DNA of 64,000 nt from Okamejei kenojei (GCA_035221665.1 CM069156.1:28768001-28832000), one strand, 5' to 3'; counted from the stretch's first letter, positions 1 through 12,204 are shown. The notes: generated from the letters alone by a model not told the origin. Numbers and translations are program-made.

Positions 1-80
1 CTTTGGTAGAAGGTACAGCCGCTTGAAAGCATGCACTAGCAGATTCAGGATCAGCATCTACCCCATTATTATCAGCCCTT

Positions 81-214
81 TGGGGTGGAAGATTGCAACC
101 TTCACGTGGTCCGCCCTGTTTCGACTAATGCAATCAACTCAACGTGCACATACAGAAGATCAAATAGAACAAATTGTCCAACAACTTTAGGCTGTGCACG
201 CCACATGACAGAAG
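81..214 (+). mobile_element. Short retroposon 3' fragment with GAA-type tail, inserted in an older LINE tail
   Basis: Flanked by the 10-bp direct repeat ATCAGCCCTT (71-80, 215-224). Its 3' end TTGTCCAACAACTTTAGGCTGTGCACGCCACATGA recurs at ~50615-50650, followed by (GAA)n. Confidence 0.65.
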
Positions 215-934
215 ATCAGCCCTTCCATAAACCAGGGTACTGTTCAAAAATCACCTCTACCCCATTGTGGACTTTGTCTATGTAACTAATGCACTAGAAT
301 GCTGAGAACGACATTTGCATTCTGCATCTTCCCCTTTGATCTACCAATTGTACTTGAGTTTGGCTTGATTGTGTTCATGTTTAGTACGCATAGTTGATCC
401 GTTTGGATAACATGCAAATCAAAGTTTTTCGTTGTACCTCAGTACTAAAGAGAAAAATAAACCCAAACATGTCAACCTTGCTCATTATCAGACCCTGTCT
501 CCAACACACCCCCAGACCAAACCCTCCACTCCCCCACACAGATACCACAGACCCTCACCACCCTCCACCCCCCACACAGATGCTTCACCACCGCAGACCC
601 GTCCCCCTCGTCTCAGCACCACATACACTGTCACACTTCATCCCTCCACACTGTCCACCCTAGACCATAAGTCCCCATTCTAACTCTCTCTCGCTCTCAA
701 ACACCACAGAGAGCTGTCATCCTCGCTATTGACCACAGACCTCGTCCCCCACGCAGCCTCTCCATTCCAGACCGTATTCTACCCCCACTGCACGCACAGT
801 TACCACAGATTGTGTCTCCTTCTGGATCATCTCCCCGCCTGCCTCAGTCCCCCTCATCCTCACAATCTGCAGCCGTCCTCCCTTCCTGTGTGTGTGTGTC
901 CGTCCCCCAGCCCATCCCGGGCACGGGCACTCGC

Positions 935-1240
935 CTGTCCTGTCCTGTCCTGTTGTCCGCTCCGCTCCGCGCCCCGCGCTTGCCGGCTGGCTGACTCGCG
1001 GTGCTTCCGTTGCTCGGAAGCCGCACCGGAAGTTGACGTGTTTCTGTTCACAACCGCCTCTGACGTAAAGACGTCGGCCCCGCCCTCTCACGCGGTTCTG
1101 TCAGGTGTCATCCCCCCCCCCCCCGCCCACTCACCGCCCATCTGTGCCGGCACTGCTGTAATGTAAGCGTTTACTTTTCTCGAACAATAGCCCGTTAACC
1201 GTATCATCGCCTCTTCGAACTGATCTTTCATCGCGTCCAT
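935..1240 (-). other. VMP1: Putative non-coding first exon(s) of VMP1
   Basis: Minus-strand donors GCG|GTGAGT (exon end 1135) and CAG|GCGAGT (exon end 935) lie in the CpG island. Identity rests on synteny only; no VMP1 coding sequence is visible. Confidence 0.35.
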
Positions 1241-1269
1241 GACCGAGCGGGCCGGCGCTGACGTAAACG

Positions 1270-1326
1270 GTGCGCGCCGGCGTGGCCTGGGCCTTAGGCC
1301 TCGGCTCTCGGGAGCAGCCGCCTCAG
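1270..1326 (+). other. PTRH2: Putative non-coding exon 1 of PTRH2 (start approximate)
   Basis: Donor CAG|GTACAC at 1326/1327 just downstream of the CRE-like site. A matching acceptor TTCTTCACTTTCAG ends at 4334, 20 nt before the ATG. Confidence 0.55.
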
Positions 1327-2135
1327 GTACACGCCGGCCCGGTCACCGCGCTGCTTGGGGGAGGGGGGGGGGTGTCTGAATGTAATCCCGGCTATTCTAA
1401 CAGGTCATCGGGGTTGGGAAAAGGCCCGGGCGTGTGGGTCGCGGCGGCGCCACGGTATGTCGTCTAGAATTGACCCGAAGACCGCAGGGAAACAGGCCTC
1501 ACAACAGGGAAGAGAGAGGGACAAGTCTGCACTCAGACAGCAGGGAAGCAGGCCCTTCGGCCCAACTCGTCCACACCCACAGCGATGCCATCTAAACGGG
1601 TGCATTGATGTCCGCGTTTGGTCCATGTCCCGCTAAACCCATCTATGTACCTATCCAAGCATCGTGTAGATGTTTATAGTACCTGCCACCTCTGGCAGAT
1701 CGTTCCATGTGCCCACCATCATCTGTATGAAAAGATAGCCCCCTTAGGCGTTCTTGCCCTTCTCACCTTAAACCGAAGTCCCCAGGTTCTTGATTCCCCT
1801 ACCCTGGGTAAATTCACCCTATCAATTCTCGTCATGATCGTAGTCACCTCTATGAAATTAGCCCTCAAACTCCTGCATTCCAAGGAATAAAGTCCAAACT
1901 TCCTCCAACTTCTCCCCGTAGCTCAGGCCCCCAATTCCTGGCAACATCCTCGTAAATCATCCCTCCTTGTGAATCATTCGCAGCTGCGGTCACTAAGAGA
2001 ATGCATGCCCGGCTTTATTTTATATCCTTTGATACATTAATTCCTGCCCTTGCATAATACTGAGAACTATATTTTTCACTCTGTATCTTTTCCTTTGTTC
2101 TACCTTTTGTACTCGAGTTTGGCTTGATTATTTAT

Positions 2136-2285
2136 GTAGAAACATAGAAATTAGGTGCAGGAGTAGGCCATTCGGCCCTTCGAGCTTGCACCGCCATTCA
2201 ATATGATCGTGCCTGATCATCCAACTCAGTATCCCATACCTGCCTTCTCTCCATACCCCCTGATCCCCTTAGCCACAAGGGCCAT
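2136..2285 (-). mobile_element. CR1 LINE 3' tail fragment
   Basis: (ATAGAAAC) terminal repeat plus GGTGCAGGAGTAGGCCATTCGGCCCTTCGAG, shared with the other CR1 copies in the window. Confidence 0.75.
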
Positions 2286-2427
2286 GTAGTGTTATAATGT
2301 TACAACCCAGTTTCAATTGTAACAATATAACATATACTATGATTTAATTTTATTGCAAAGCCTTTCCCTAAACGTAATGAAAAGACACCAGGAACTGCAG
2401 ATGCAGAAATCTTGAGTAAAACACTAA

Positions 2428-2934
2428 AGGAGCTGTCCCACTTGGGCTACCTAATTGGCGAGTTTAGAAGAGTTTGAAAAAATGACATGTTGAAGACCTC
2501 CTTCCACCTCCTTCGACTATGTTGAAGACCAGCTTCAACTAGCTACGACTAACTTCGGGAAAACTGGACACCGAATAGTGGAGTGAAGACGACCTCCTTC
2601 GGCCTCCCTTTGACTATGATGAAGACTATCTACGACTGCCTTCAACTACCCTCGATTACCTACGACTAACATACCGACCTACTACGACTAAACCTACGAG
2701 TAAAAAAAGTATAGATTTTTTCCACAGCGACCTTTTTTTACTTGCGGGCATTTTTTTAACATATTGAAAAAAACGCCGCAACCTAACTGAGGCCTCAAGT
2801 ATGCAGAGACCACTCTCACACATGAAGGAGAGTTACGAACTACGACCTTCTACGATCTCGTGTCGACCATGCTGCGAGTCAAGGGCAAACTTGCCAGAAC
2901 TCGCGAATTAGGTCGCCCAAGTGGGACAGGCCCT
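2428..2934. mobile_element. Non-autonomous DNA transposon (MITE) with ~35-bp TIRs, possibly Harbinger/PIF-like
   Basis: Left end AGGAGCTGTCCCACTTGGGCTACCTAATTGGCGAGTT is the inverted match of right end AACTCGCGAATTAGGTCGCCCAAGTGGGACAGGCCCT. Flanks are TAA/TTA and the interior has many ACGACT motifs. It interrupts a Penelope-type repeat. Confidence 0.8.
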
Positions 2935-3343
2935 TTAGGGTTGGGAAACACATGCAGCATCTTTGGAGGAAATCTACAGGTGAAATTTCAAGTCTGTATC
3001 CGTCTTCAGACTAGAGAAGGATCCCAACCCAAAACATCACTTTCTGATTGTTCTAAAGTCTCAGAGGAGGATGGCGATCGTCATTGATGGAATCAGTCAG
3101 AGGATCAGGACCTTGTGATGAAACCTCCTTCATTAAAGTTAACTATTCAAGTTTTGCTCAGAATTCCAGCACTGCAAGCTCTTGTGTGTCTATCTTGAAT
3201 TTGACCAGGATTGATAATCATTATGAAGTTCTCCATTGGGACCTTACACACTGGTGGGGTGGTCAATCAGAAGTAACTGTCATCAGACATCCACATATCA
3301 TATCCAAAAAGGATAACCAGTTCATCGAGGAAGCGCAAGCTGA

Positions 3344-3815
3344 GTGATCGTTTCGCTGAACACCTTCGCTCAGTCCGTCTTGGCCTACATGATCTCCCGG
3401 TTGCTAAACATTTTAACTTCATTTCCCATTCACATACTGACCTTTCTGTCCTTGGCCTCCTCCACTGTCAGAGTGAGGCCCAATGCAAATTGGAGGAATA
3501 GCACCTCATATTTCGCTTGGGCAGCTTACAACCCAAAACATCACCTATTCCTTCTCTCCAGAGATGCTGCCTGTCCCGTTGAGTTACTCCAGCATTTGTG
3601 TCTAACTCTGGGTGATTGCTGCTCTTCCTACTCCTTTACTTAGTCTGACACTCCTTTACTTAATCTGAAATTTTAATCAATCTGAAGAAGGATGTCGACC
3701 TGAAACATCACCCATTTGTTCTCTCCAGAGATGATGCCTATCCCGTTGAGTTACTCCAGCGTTTTGTGTCTATCTTCGATTTAAACCAGCATCTGCAGTT
3801 CTTTCCTACACAAGG
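3344..3815 (+). mobile_element. Penelope-like element fragment (GIY-YIG endonuclease C-terminus plus pLTR)
   Basis: Translates to DRFAEHLRSVRLGLHDLPVAKHFN...LSVLGLLHCQSEAQCKLEE*HLIFRLGSLQP. It is followed by the common repeat CCTTCTCTCCAGAGATGCTGCCTGTCCCGTTGAGTTACTCCAGC. Confidence 0.75.
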
Positions 3816-4354
3816 ACATTTTAATGCTTTATCCTTCCCAAAATAAAGGAAGAGTGGGCCTGCCACGATACAAGATCTTCATGACATCATATTAAGTTAG
3901 AAACTCCAATGATTATCCTTTCTAATAGAGATTATTTATAGTCCCATGAGGGGGATGGGTGACCATGAGCTAACAGATGAGAGTGGTAGACCTTCAGTAA
4001 CTATTTGGATGAGAGGATAAATTAGTAAGTTTACTAGTAGATGCTGATTGGCAAACCATCTTCCTTGCTCCATTGGTACTTTATTGATATGTTATGCAAA
4101 TACATCTAGAAAACTGCTAATAGAATAGATACCGATTAGTCTTCAAAGTTTTTATCATCAAACTGATCCAGTCGCTCTGAAGTCTTGATTTTTTTTGCAG
4201 ATTTAAGTGGTCACTTGCAATAGTTGAAATATTTCACATAAACGCAGTGGAATTTTTGCTCCAAGAATTTAATCTCAGCTAAATTTAGGAATAGCTTGAT
4301 GGAATAATATTCTTTATCTGTTCTTCACTTTCAGAGGTTTTACTAACGCAAAAT

Positions 4355-4867
4355 ATGGAGACACTGACCACTCCGTTAGCTTTGGGACTATTGGCTGGAA
4401 TAGGGTCTGGTTTGTGCCTGGGTTGGTTCGTTCGTGGGCGATTTATTGGATCATTTAAAACCATGCCCTCGGTGCGAAACACAACGATGGAAACCAGCGT
4501 CATGGGAGAGGGTGGAGAGCACAAAATGGTTCTGGTGGTTCGCAACGACCTGAAGATGGGCAAGGGTAAAGTGGCAGCTCAGTGCTCCCATGCCGCTGTC
4601 TCTGCATACAGGCAGCTCCAGGCACGGAATCCAGCTCTGCTCAAGCAGTGGGAGTACTGCGGGCAACCAAAAGTGGTTCTCAAGGCACCCGACGAGGATA
4701 GCATCGTGGATTTGTTAATGCAGGCCAGGGAGTTGGGCCTGACCGTCAGTTTGATCCAGGATGCTGGCCGCACTCAGATAGCACCTGGATCACGTACTGT
4801 CCTGGGCATTGGACCAGGCTCAGCAAATCTAGTGGACAAAGTTACAGGACATCTGAAACTTTATTGA
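4355..4867 (+). CDS. PTRH2: Peptidyl-tRNA hydrolase 2, mitochondrial (Bit1), 170 aa, single coding exon
   Basis: N-terminal hydrophobic anchor, then PTH2 motifs [57 protein letters not shown] and C-terminal VTGHLKLY. Lies tail-to-tail with CLTC. Confidence 0.98.
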   Translation: METLTTPLALGLLAGIGSGLCLGWFVRGRFIGSFKTMPSVRNTTMETSVMGEGGEHKMVLVVRNDLKMGKGKVAAQCSHAAVSAYRQLQARNPALLKQWEYCGQPKVVLKAPDEDSIVDLLMQARELGLTVSLIQDAGRTQIAPGSRTVLGIGPGSANLVDKVTGHLKLY

Positions 4868-5495
4868 AATGCATCTGTGCCTCGACTGTCTGGGCAGTTG
4901 GACACTCGTGGATCTGGAATCTATCACCGGGACACCGTTTCTCAGCAGATAAAATCCAGAACCCTGAGTTAGTCCATGTTATTTGGCTCCTCTGCTGTGC
5001 ACTGCATTCATTCTTTCTGTGCCTACTGGATCATAGCGATTGTGGATGGTGCCATGACTCTCAAGCTTCTGCAGCCTAAGTGACAATAAGCAAGTGGAGA
5101 GCACTGCCCTGCCAAGTGTTGTTCAGTTGGTAATACCAGGACACTTTCATTAGAGTCTGCAGGTTTCCCTTGAGTTAAAAACTTTGTCGGATGGGGCAGT
5201 CAAGCTATCCTGCACCAGCTGCTCATGTGGTGGATATCCTGCATCTGGAACCTCCGGCATCTGCTGACAAATGGCCTCTTTTCCCACTCCCACCCCAGTT
5301 GGCTCACATTGAAGTACACGTTTTATGATGGATGCAGAAAGCTTAACATTCCAAAACAGCAAACCCCTCTCGAAGGGTAGATCGACGGAAGGGGCTGCTT
5401 GATAACACGTCTAGCCTTGCTGCTCAGTACAATCCTGAGCAACATTGGGCTCTGCAGTAGCCGGACATAAGGCACCTGGGGAGCTAGTTCATTAA

Positions 5496-5576
5496 AATAA
5501 AGAAATGTCAGAAACATTTACCTCAAGTGGCTTATTTATGTAATGAGTTCCCCTTGAAACAATGTAGAGTAATAAA
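5496..5576 (+). terminator. Candidate PTRH2 polyadenylation signals
   Basis: AATAAA at 5496-5501 and 5571-5576, the first canonical hexamers I found after the stop, with T-rich sequence downstream. Confidence 0.4.
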
Positions 5577-5744
5577 AAAAGCTCCATTAAAGCCAGCTTC
5601 ATTTTTAGGCTCCATCATTTTGCTGCGATTATTTTTATGTTCCAAGGCTGGGATTGTACGACTTAAGCGGTGGGAGCAGGAGTTAATCTTGCTTTCCTTA
5701 AGCCTGCACCACTTTCAATAGGTACATGATCTCTCTGTGATTAT

Positions 5745-6520
5745 ATGGTAAACCCTGATTTTAACGGACCTCTTTATAACAGATTTTGGTTATAGGGAAT
5801 GGACTTCCCGACAGCTGCCCACACAACCCCCGGTCTGCACTGCTTCCCTTGCCGTTTACAGCCCCAGCTGCCCACTGCTCAATTACAAAGAAATACACAT
5901 ACTGCATGTCATACGTTTCCTTTCTGCCCCCAACTGGCACTATTTTTTATCCACCAAATCCACCTACTACCTTGCTCTGCTGCCTCTGACATATGCTTTA
6001 CAGCCTGACGCAAACTGTCCGCGAATTCCTAGCTCTCCAAATCGCGAGGTGTTTGATATCGCTATGAAACCTCTACAGGAAGTACTCTTGCTCACCATCC
6101 TCACTGCTCAACTTCTGCCAACTCTACATATCTAAGCCATTTTCTTTCATAACCCTCATCCACTAAGTTCTCCAACAGCACCGTCAGTTCTATAAAATGC
6201 ACTATCCCGCCGACTAACTGACCATAACACTATATCAAGCCTCAAACTAGTAGTAATTATTTCCTGCGGAACAACAAGTTTTCCTCATAAATCTACCTGC
6301 ATCTCCCAATTATTGGCTCCCCGTAACTTGCCTGACTCATACCTATCTGCAAACTTCCCTCCTCTACCTTTGTCTCCATCATGGCAAAAATGAATTGCTA
6401 CACTCCCAGTCCTGATGCCTACTGAATTCACCTGCATTCTCCTCCACTCACTGTGTCAAACATCGAGTATATGCACCTACACTAATCCACACTAAATTAT
6501 ATCTCTGTCATCAACTCTCT
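5745..6520 (+). mobile_element. Degenerate Tigger/pogo-like DNA transposon remnant
   Basis: Begins with a Tigger-like terminus (GTAAACCCTGATTTTAACGGACC...TTATAAC) followed by decayed C-rich sequence. No intact ORF. Confidence 0.4.
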
Positions 6521-7721
6521 AATTCTACCATTCATCCACACCCAAAAGGGGATTCATACGACATTCATCTTTAGATGTTAAAACATGCCAGACCACTTTA
6601 GCACTGGCCATAAGGCCACTGACCTGGGAGTGGAAACTCAGTCTGCAAGTAACTAAGTGAGAAAGTAAGATGTAGTAACAAATTTGATCTGTATCTGGAT
6701 GATCTTTAGTGGTGGCCGATACAATTAGAGCTATCAGAGGACAAATGCTGGCAAATGACATTAACTCAACTTGGTTGGTGTGGTCAAGGTGGAAAGACCA
6801 GTTTCTGTGCTGAATTGCTCAGATGAAATTGAGTTAAATCCCAATAGAATAGTAATGCCACACTGCTCTTGTTCCATAACCCAATTATTATATCTAATTG
6901 ACTTGAAAAGCAATTCGCTGCAAAAATAGATGAAAGGATAAAGATTAATGATTTCTAAATTTGGATCTAGCTTCTTTGCTACAGGTACTAATTATTTCCC
7001 ACTGATGCCTTAGCAAATTCTGGGACTCTGGTAGTATTGACTGAAAGGACACTTTTTGACCAATACCGTCCCAGCTCAATTGACTCCACAGTGAAATTTT
7101 GGAAAGTAAAGTTTCTAGAAAGAATAAGCCAGAAATAAATATGCATTGGATTGTGTCAAATGCTGCAAGAAATCCCAAATCAATTTTCTTCAGTTCAGAG
7201 CTGGGAATAGAAATTATTAGCAGCTAATTAAACACAAACCTTTATAAATGGGCTGAACCCAGCGAGGCCTCTCACAGTTTGAAGGTTAATGCAAATCTCA
7301 TTATTCTATTTAGCTGAATTTGGATACTGGGCAACCCCATTCTGTGTAAGACGTAGATTGGCAAATCTGTTGCTGGTCATGGAATATCTTTTGGGGAAGA
7401 GGCCAGAGACCAAGCTGCAGCACATCGCAGATGAATAACACAGAAGGTACCCTGGAGAATTACCCAAAGTGGCCCCGAATTGTAGGAGAATTGAAAAACA
7501 CCCTTTGTAGGCATCCATGATAAAATATTTAATGACAGGGCAAGAGGGAAAATGGCAATTTCTTACCAGTATGAAATGATTTAATGTTAAGCCCCCACCT
7601 ATCACCTTCATATAGGACACACAAGGAACTGCAAAAGCTGCAATCTTGATCAAAACAAGACGGTGAAGTAACTCAGCAGGTCATGCTGCATCTTTGGAGG
7701 GAATGGACAGGCAGTCTTCAC

Positions 7722-7755
7722 CAAAGATTATAGAGGAGCTCCTCTATAATCTTTG
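7722..7755. mobile_element. 34-bp perfect palindrome with 8-bp TSD (micro hAT-type insertion)
   Basis: CAAAGATTATAGAGGAGCTCCTCTATAATCTTTG flanked by GTCTTCAC at 7714-7721 and 7756-7763. Confidence 0.7.
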
Positions 7756-7929
7756 GTCTTCACAACCCAAAGGGTCTTGACCCAAAAGATTACCTGTCCA
7801 TTCTCTCCACAGATACCACCTGACCCAGTGTTTCGCAAGACTTGTGTTCTTGCGAAACACTGGGTCTATCCTTCTAACCCAATCTTATCTATGTACCTGT
7901 CCAAATAGTTTTTTTTTAACATTATGATA

Positions 7930-9700
7930 GTTCATAAGTTCTAGAAGAATAAGGCCATTCAATCATGGTTGATCTATCTTTCCCTCTCAACCCCATTCTC
8001 CAACCTCCGCCTCATAACCCTCGACACCCTTACAAATCAAACTTCTGTCAATTTCAACCTGAAAAATATCCATAGGTGGCCTCCACAGCCGTTTATGGTA
8101 TTGAATTCCACAGGTTCACCACTCTCTGACTAAAGAAATTCTTTATCTCCTTTCTAAAGGTACGTCCTGAGACTATGGCTATTCACTCCGGGCCTTTCAC
8201 TATTTGGTAAGTTTCAATTAGGTCCCCCCCTCTTCCTTCTGAACTCTAGAAACTTCAGGGCCAGTGCCTTCAAATGCTCATCATGTTAACCTAATCATTC
8301 CTGGGATCATTATCGTAAACCTCCTCTGGATCCTCTCCAATTCCAGCACATCCTTCCTCAGATATGGGGCCCAAAACTGCTCACCTGCCTCAACTAACTG
8401 CTCCGGCAGCTCCTTCCATATACCTACTATCCTTTATGTAGAGATCATGCCCCTCAGGTGCCTATTAAATCTTTCCCCCTTCACTTTAAACCTATGTCCT
8501 CTGGTTCTTGATTCCCCTACTCTGGGTAAAAGACTGCATTCACCCTATATATTCCTCTCATGATCTTATAGACCTCCAAGATCACCCCTCATCCTCCTAT
8601 GCTGCAAGGAGGAAAGTCCTAGCCTGCTTAACCTCTCCCTATAGCTTCGGCACTCGAGTCCTGGCAACATCCTGGTAAATCGTCTCTGCACCCTTTCCAG
8701 CTGAACATCTTTCCTATAATAGGGTAACAAAAAAATGAACACAATACTCTAAATGTGGCCTCACGTCTTGTACAACTGTAACATGACCTAACTTTACTCA
8801 ATACTCAAACTGATGAAGACCAATGTGCTGAAAGACTTCTGGACCACCCTATCTACTGTGACGCCACTTTCAAGGACCTGCACTCCGATATCCCTTTGCT
8901 CTTCAACACTTCTAAGAGCCCTATCATTCACTGTGTAGGTCCTGCCCTGGTTTTACTTCCCAAAATGAAACTCCTCCCACTTCTCTGTATTAAATTCCAT
9001 CAACCATTCTTCAGCCTACCTGCCCAAACGATCAAGATTCTGCTGCAATATTTGACAACTATCTTCATTATCTACAATACCACCCACTTTAGTGATATCT
9101 GCAAACTGGCTCATCATGCATCAGCTAAATCATTGATAAACTGCAATGGGCCCTGCACCAAGCCACACAAAGGCCTCCAGTCCAGAAAACAACCTTCCAC
9201 CATTACCCTCCGCTTCTTTCCACAAAGCAAATTGTTGGCTCTCTCTCCTTGGATCCCATGCATTCTAATCTTCCAGAACAACCTACTTTGCAGAACCTTG
9301 TCACATGTCTTGCTGAATTCCATGCATACAGCTCTGCCCACAACCATGTTTTGGACACAGCATCAAAAAAAAACATTAAAATTAATGGGATACGATCTCC
9401 CATGTACAAAATGGACTATCCCTATTCAGCCCTTGTCCATCTAAATGCATTCTTATCCATTAGAATACTCTAGTAACTTTCCGACCATAGATGAATACTC
9501 ACTGGCCTATAATTCCCAGTCTTTTCCCTGCAGACCTTCTTAGAGGCGCAACATTTGCCATCTTCCAACACCTCACTTGATTCCAGCTGCCTATACATGC
9601 CCCATGCTTCCTTTTTCTTGACCGGGGCCTCAATTTCCCTCATCAGCCAAGCTTCCTTACACCCATTTGTCTTGTCCTTCACGCTAACCGAAACCTGCAT
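7930..9700 (-). mobile_element. Cluster of decayed CR1 LINE fragments (RT region)
   Basis: Minus-strand ORF remnants VCMEFSKTCDKV...HGIQGE...RVMVEGCFLDWRP...GLVQGPL.FINDL and EKTGNYRPVS, typical of CR1 ORF2. Confidence 0.8.
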
Positions 9701-9714
9701 GTCCTGTCCGCCTT

Positions 9715-9970
9715 ACAGCGGCTTCAGCGCCAGAGACCCAGGTTTGAACCAGAATACGGGTGCTGTCTGGATGGAGCTTGTGCATTCTTCCCGTGATTGC
9801 GTGGGTTTCCTCTGAGATCTTCAGTTTTCTCCCACACTCCAAAGACGTACAGGTTTGTAGGTTGATTGGCTTTGTATAAATGTAAATTGTCCCAAGTGTG
9901 TGTAGGATAGTGTTAATATCCTGCTATAGGTGGTCGGTGCAGACTCAGTGGGCCGAAGGGCCTGTTTCTG
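9715..9970 (+). mobile_element. HE1-like tRNA-derived V-SINE
   Basis: CAGCGCCAGAGACCCAGGTTTGA...GGAGCTTGTGCATTCTTCCCGTGATTGCGTGGGTTTCC...CTCCCACACTCCAAAGACGT V-SINE core. Confidence 0.75.
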
Positions 9971-10707
9971 CTCCACCCATATAGCCTCACTGGACAATTC
10001 ATCAGTAATGTCATCCGTGACCACTGTTGTGATATCCTTAATCAATAAAGCAACCCCCACCTCCTCCTCTACCTCCACCTCTATCTCTCCTGAAGCATCT
10101 ATACCCTAGAACATTAAGCTGCCAGTTTATTAACGTCCCTCTCTTGACCAGGTTTCTGCAATGGCTGCAACATCCCAGTTGCACGTGCAATCTTCACTGA
10201 ACTTACTGGATTTTGAGAACCAAGGGTTTAGCGAGAGGACGGAATAAAGAAAGAACTATAGTAAAAAATTATGAATCCCTGGGACCTGACAACACACATT
10301 GCAGCTTCAGAGATGGCAGCTTTAGGGATTGTGAATGCTCCGGCTGTCATCCTCCAAGATTCAAAAGGTTCTGGAATTCTATCTGTGAATTGGAGGGTAA
10401 ACAAATATGACTATTCTAGAAAGGGAGGGAGAGAGAAAATAGTAAACAATGACCCGTTAGCCGAATACCAATGACAAGGAAAATACTAGAATTTTTTCAG
10501 TTGGCACTGTCCAGCCACTTCCATTACACTTTGAGGAGGTGCAGCGATTCCTCTAGTTAAAACCTTCATAAGGGCAGCAAAGCTACATGGTACTAGTTGC
10601 TCAAATGGAGAATATCTTGTATGTAGGACCTCCCAGGTATTTGCTGAGGAATTCACCCTTTCCCCCTCCACACCCCCACTAGCTGCTCACATTGTTGAAG
10701 TACATGT

Positions 10708-10909
10708 GTAGGAAGGAATTGCAGATGCTGGTTTAAAACTGAAGGTAGACAAAAAGCTGGAGTAACTCAACAGGTCAGACAGCATCTCTGGTGAAAAGGA
10801 ATAGGTGACATTTCGGGTCGAGACCATTCCTCAGCCCAGTCTATTCCTTTTCTCCAGAGATGCTGTCTGACCCGCTGAGTTACTCTGGCTTTTTGTGTCT
10901 ATCTTTGGA
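10708..10909. mobile_element. Inverted Penelope pLTR pair with TSD
   Basis: Two inverted copies of the GCTGGAGTAACTCA/CAGCATCTCTGG repeat, flanked by GAAGTACATGT at 10697-10707 and 10910-10920. Confidence 0.75.
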
Positions 10910-12204
10910 GAAGTACATGTTCTGCACTGGATGCAGACAGTTTAACATTCCAAACCCCTTAATGAGGTCGAACATTGGTCGAAAAGGCTGAGTATTGTAC
11001 ACTAAGTAGCTTGTATACTCTGGCATTCAGAAGGATGAGAGGATATCTTATTGAAACATAAGATTATTAAGGGTTTGGACACGCTAGAGGCAGGAAACAT
11101 GTTTCCGATGTTGGCAGAGTCCAGAACCAGGTGCACAGTTTAAGAATAAGGGGTAAGCCATTTTGAACAGAGATGAGGAAAAACTTCTTCACAGAGTTGT
11201 GAATCTGTGGAATTCTCTGCCTCAGAAGACAGTGGAGATCAATTCTCTGGAGGCTTTCACAGGGCTGCCAACTCTCACTGGACAACTCACTCATTTCGAC
11301 AAATTCTCACGCTCTCATGCTGACCACAAATTTCTCATGCTTTGCCGTGAGAAATTCTGTGATCAACGAGAATTCCAAAACTCATATTAAGTGCATGGGC
11401 CGCGGGCGTTTGAGAGCCGGGGCTGTGGGAGGGATGCAAGCAGATGCAGCGGCAGGGGCAGAGGGGGGAGTGTTTGCCGGGATGTCGAGTCGCTCGCTGC
11501 AGCTCCGGCCATGGAGTAGCCTCAGTGCAAGAGTCCCGGGCCGTCGGAAGCGTTGCGCCGCTGCCGTTAGTCTCTGTGCTGAATACGTCCTGGTGACTGG
11601 CATGGATCAGGCAGCGTCTCTGGAGAGAAGGAATGGGTGACTTTTCTGGTCATGTCCCTTCTAAGGGTCTCTACCCGAAATCTTTAGAAGGGTCTCGACC
11701 CGAAACGTCATTCCTTCTCCCCAGAGACGCTGCCTGTCCCGCTGAGTTGCTCCAGCATTTTGTGTCTCTCTTCGGTTTATACCAGCATCTGCAGTTCTTT
11801 CTCACACAATGAGACCCAACAAGACGACTTTGCAGCTAGTACCAGGTAGTAGGCGGGTGGGGGAGCGACGGAGAGAGAGGGGATGTTAAAGAAATCAATA
11901 TTCATACTCAATCGGGGAAATTAGTTGATATCTGTCTTTAAATTGATATTTTGTTCATCTTTAAATGTAAGTCTTGGAGTCATGTATCGCGGGAACAAAT
12001 AAGCAAAGGCACGATGGTAAATATAAACTACAAATTAACTTCAGAAAATGAAACTTGTAGAGATGAGCTTTGCCCTTCACTTCACAAAAAATACCCTCAG
12101 GGATTATGCAGTAAATGCCTTTCAAATACTCTGCAATCTTGGGATAATATTGTTCATGTTCAAATCCAATAGGCAAGTCTTGATTTGTTCAATATTATAA
12201 TTAG

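Larger units (their letters stand above)
900..1500. promoter_or_regulatory. CpG-island, probably bidirectional promoter (PTRH2 + / putative VMP1 -)
   Basis: High CpG density. ETS/GABP site CCGGAAGT 1026-1033 abuts TGACGT 1034-1039. CRE/ATF-like TGACGTAA at 1061-1068 and 1259-1266. GC boxes at ~1078-1085 and ~1121-1128. PTRH2-VMP1 head-to-head synteny is known in vertebrates. Confidence 0.75.

Noticed and set aside
1-900. miR-21, which is associated with VMP1
   Set aside because: It lies at the 3' end of VMP1, far outside this window, and I saw no matching sequence.
394-1467. Many overlapping Pro/Gly/Arg-rich ORFs
   Set aside because: They arise from low-complexity C-rich sequence and the CpG island, with no recognisable domains.
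8896-9444. 182-aa plus-strand ORF
   Set aside because: It is antisense to a decayed CR1 reverse-transcriptase region.
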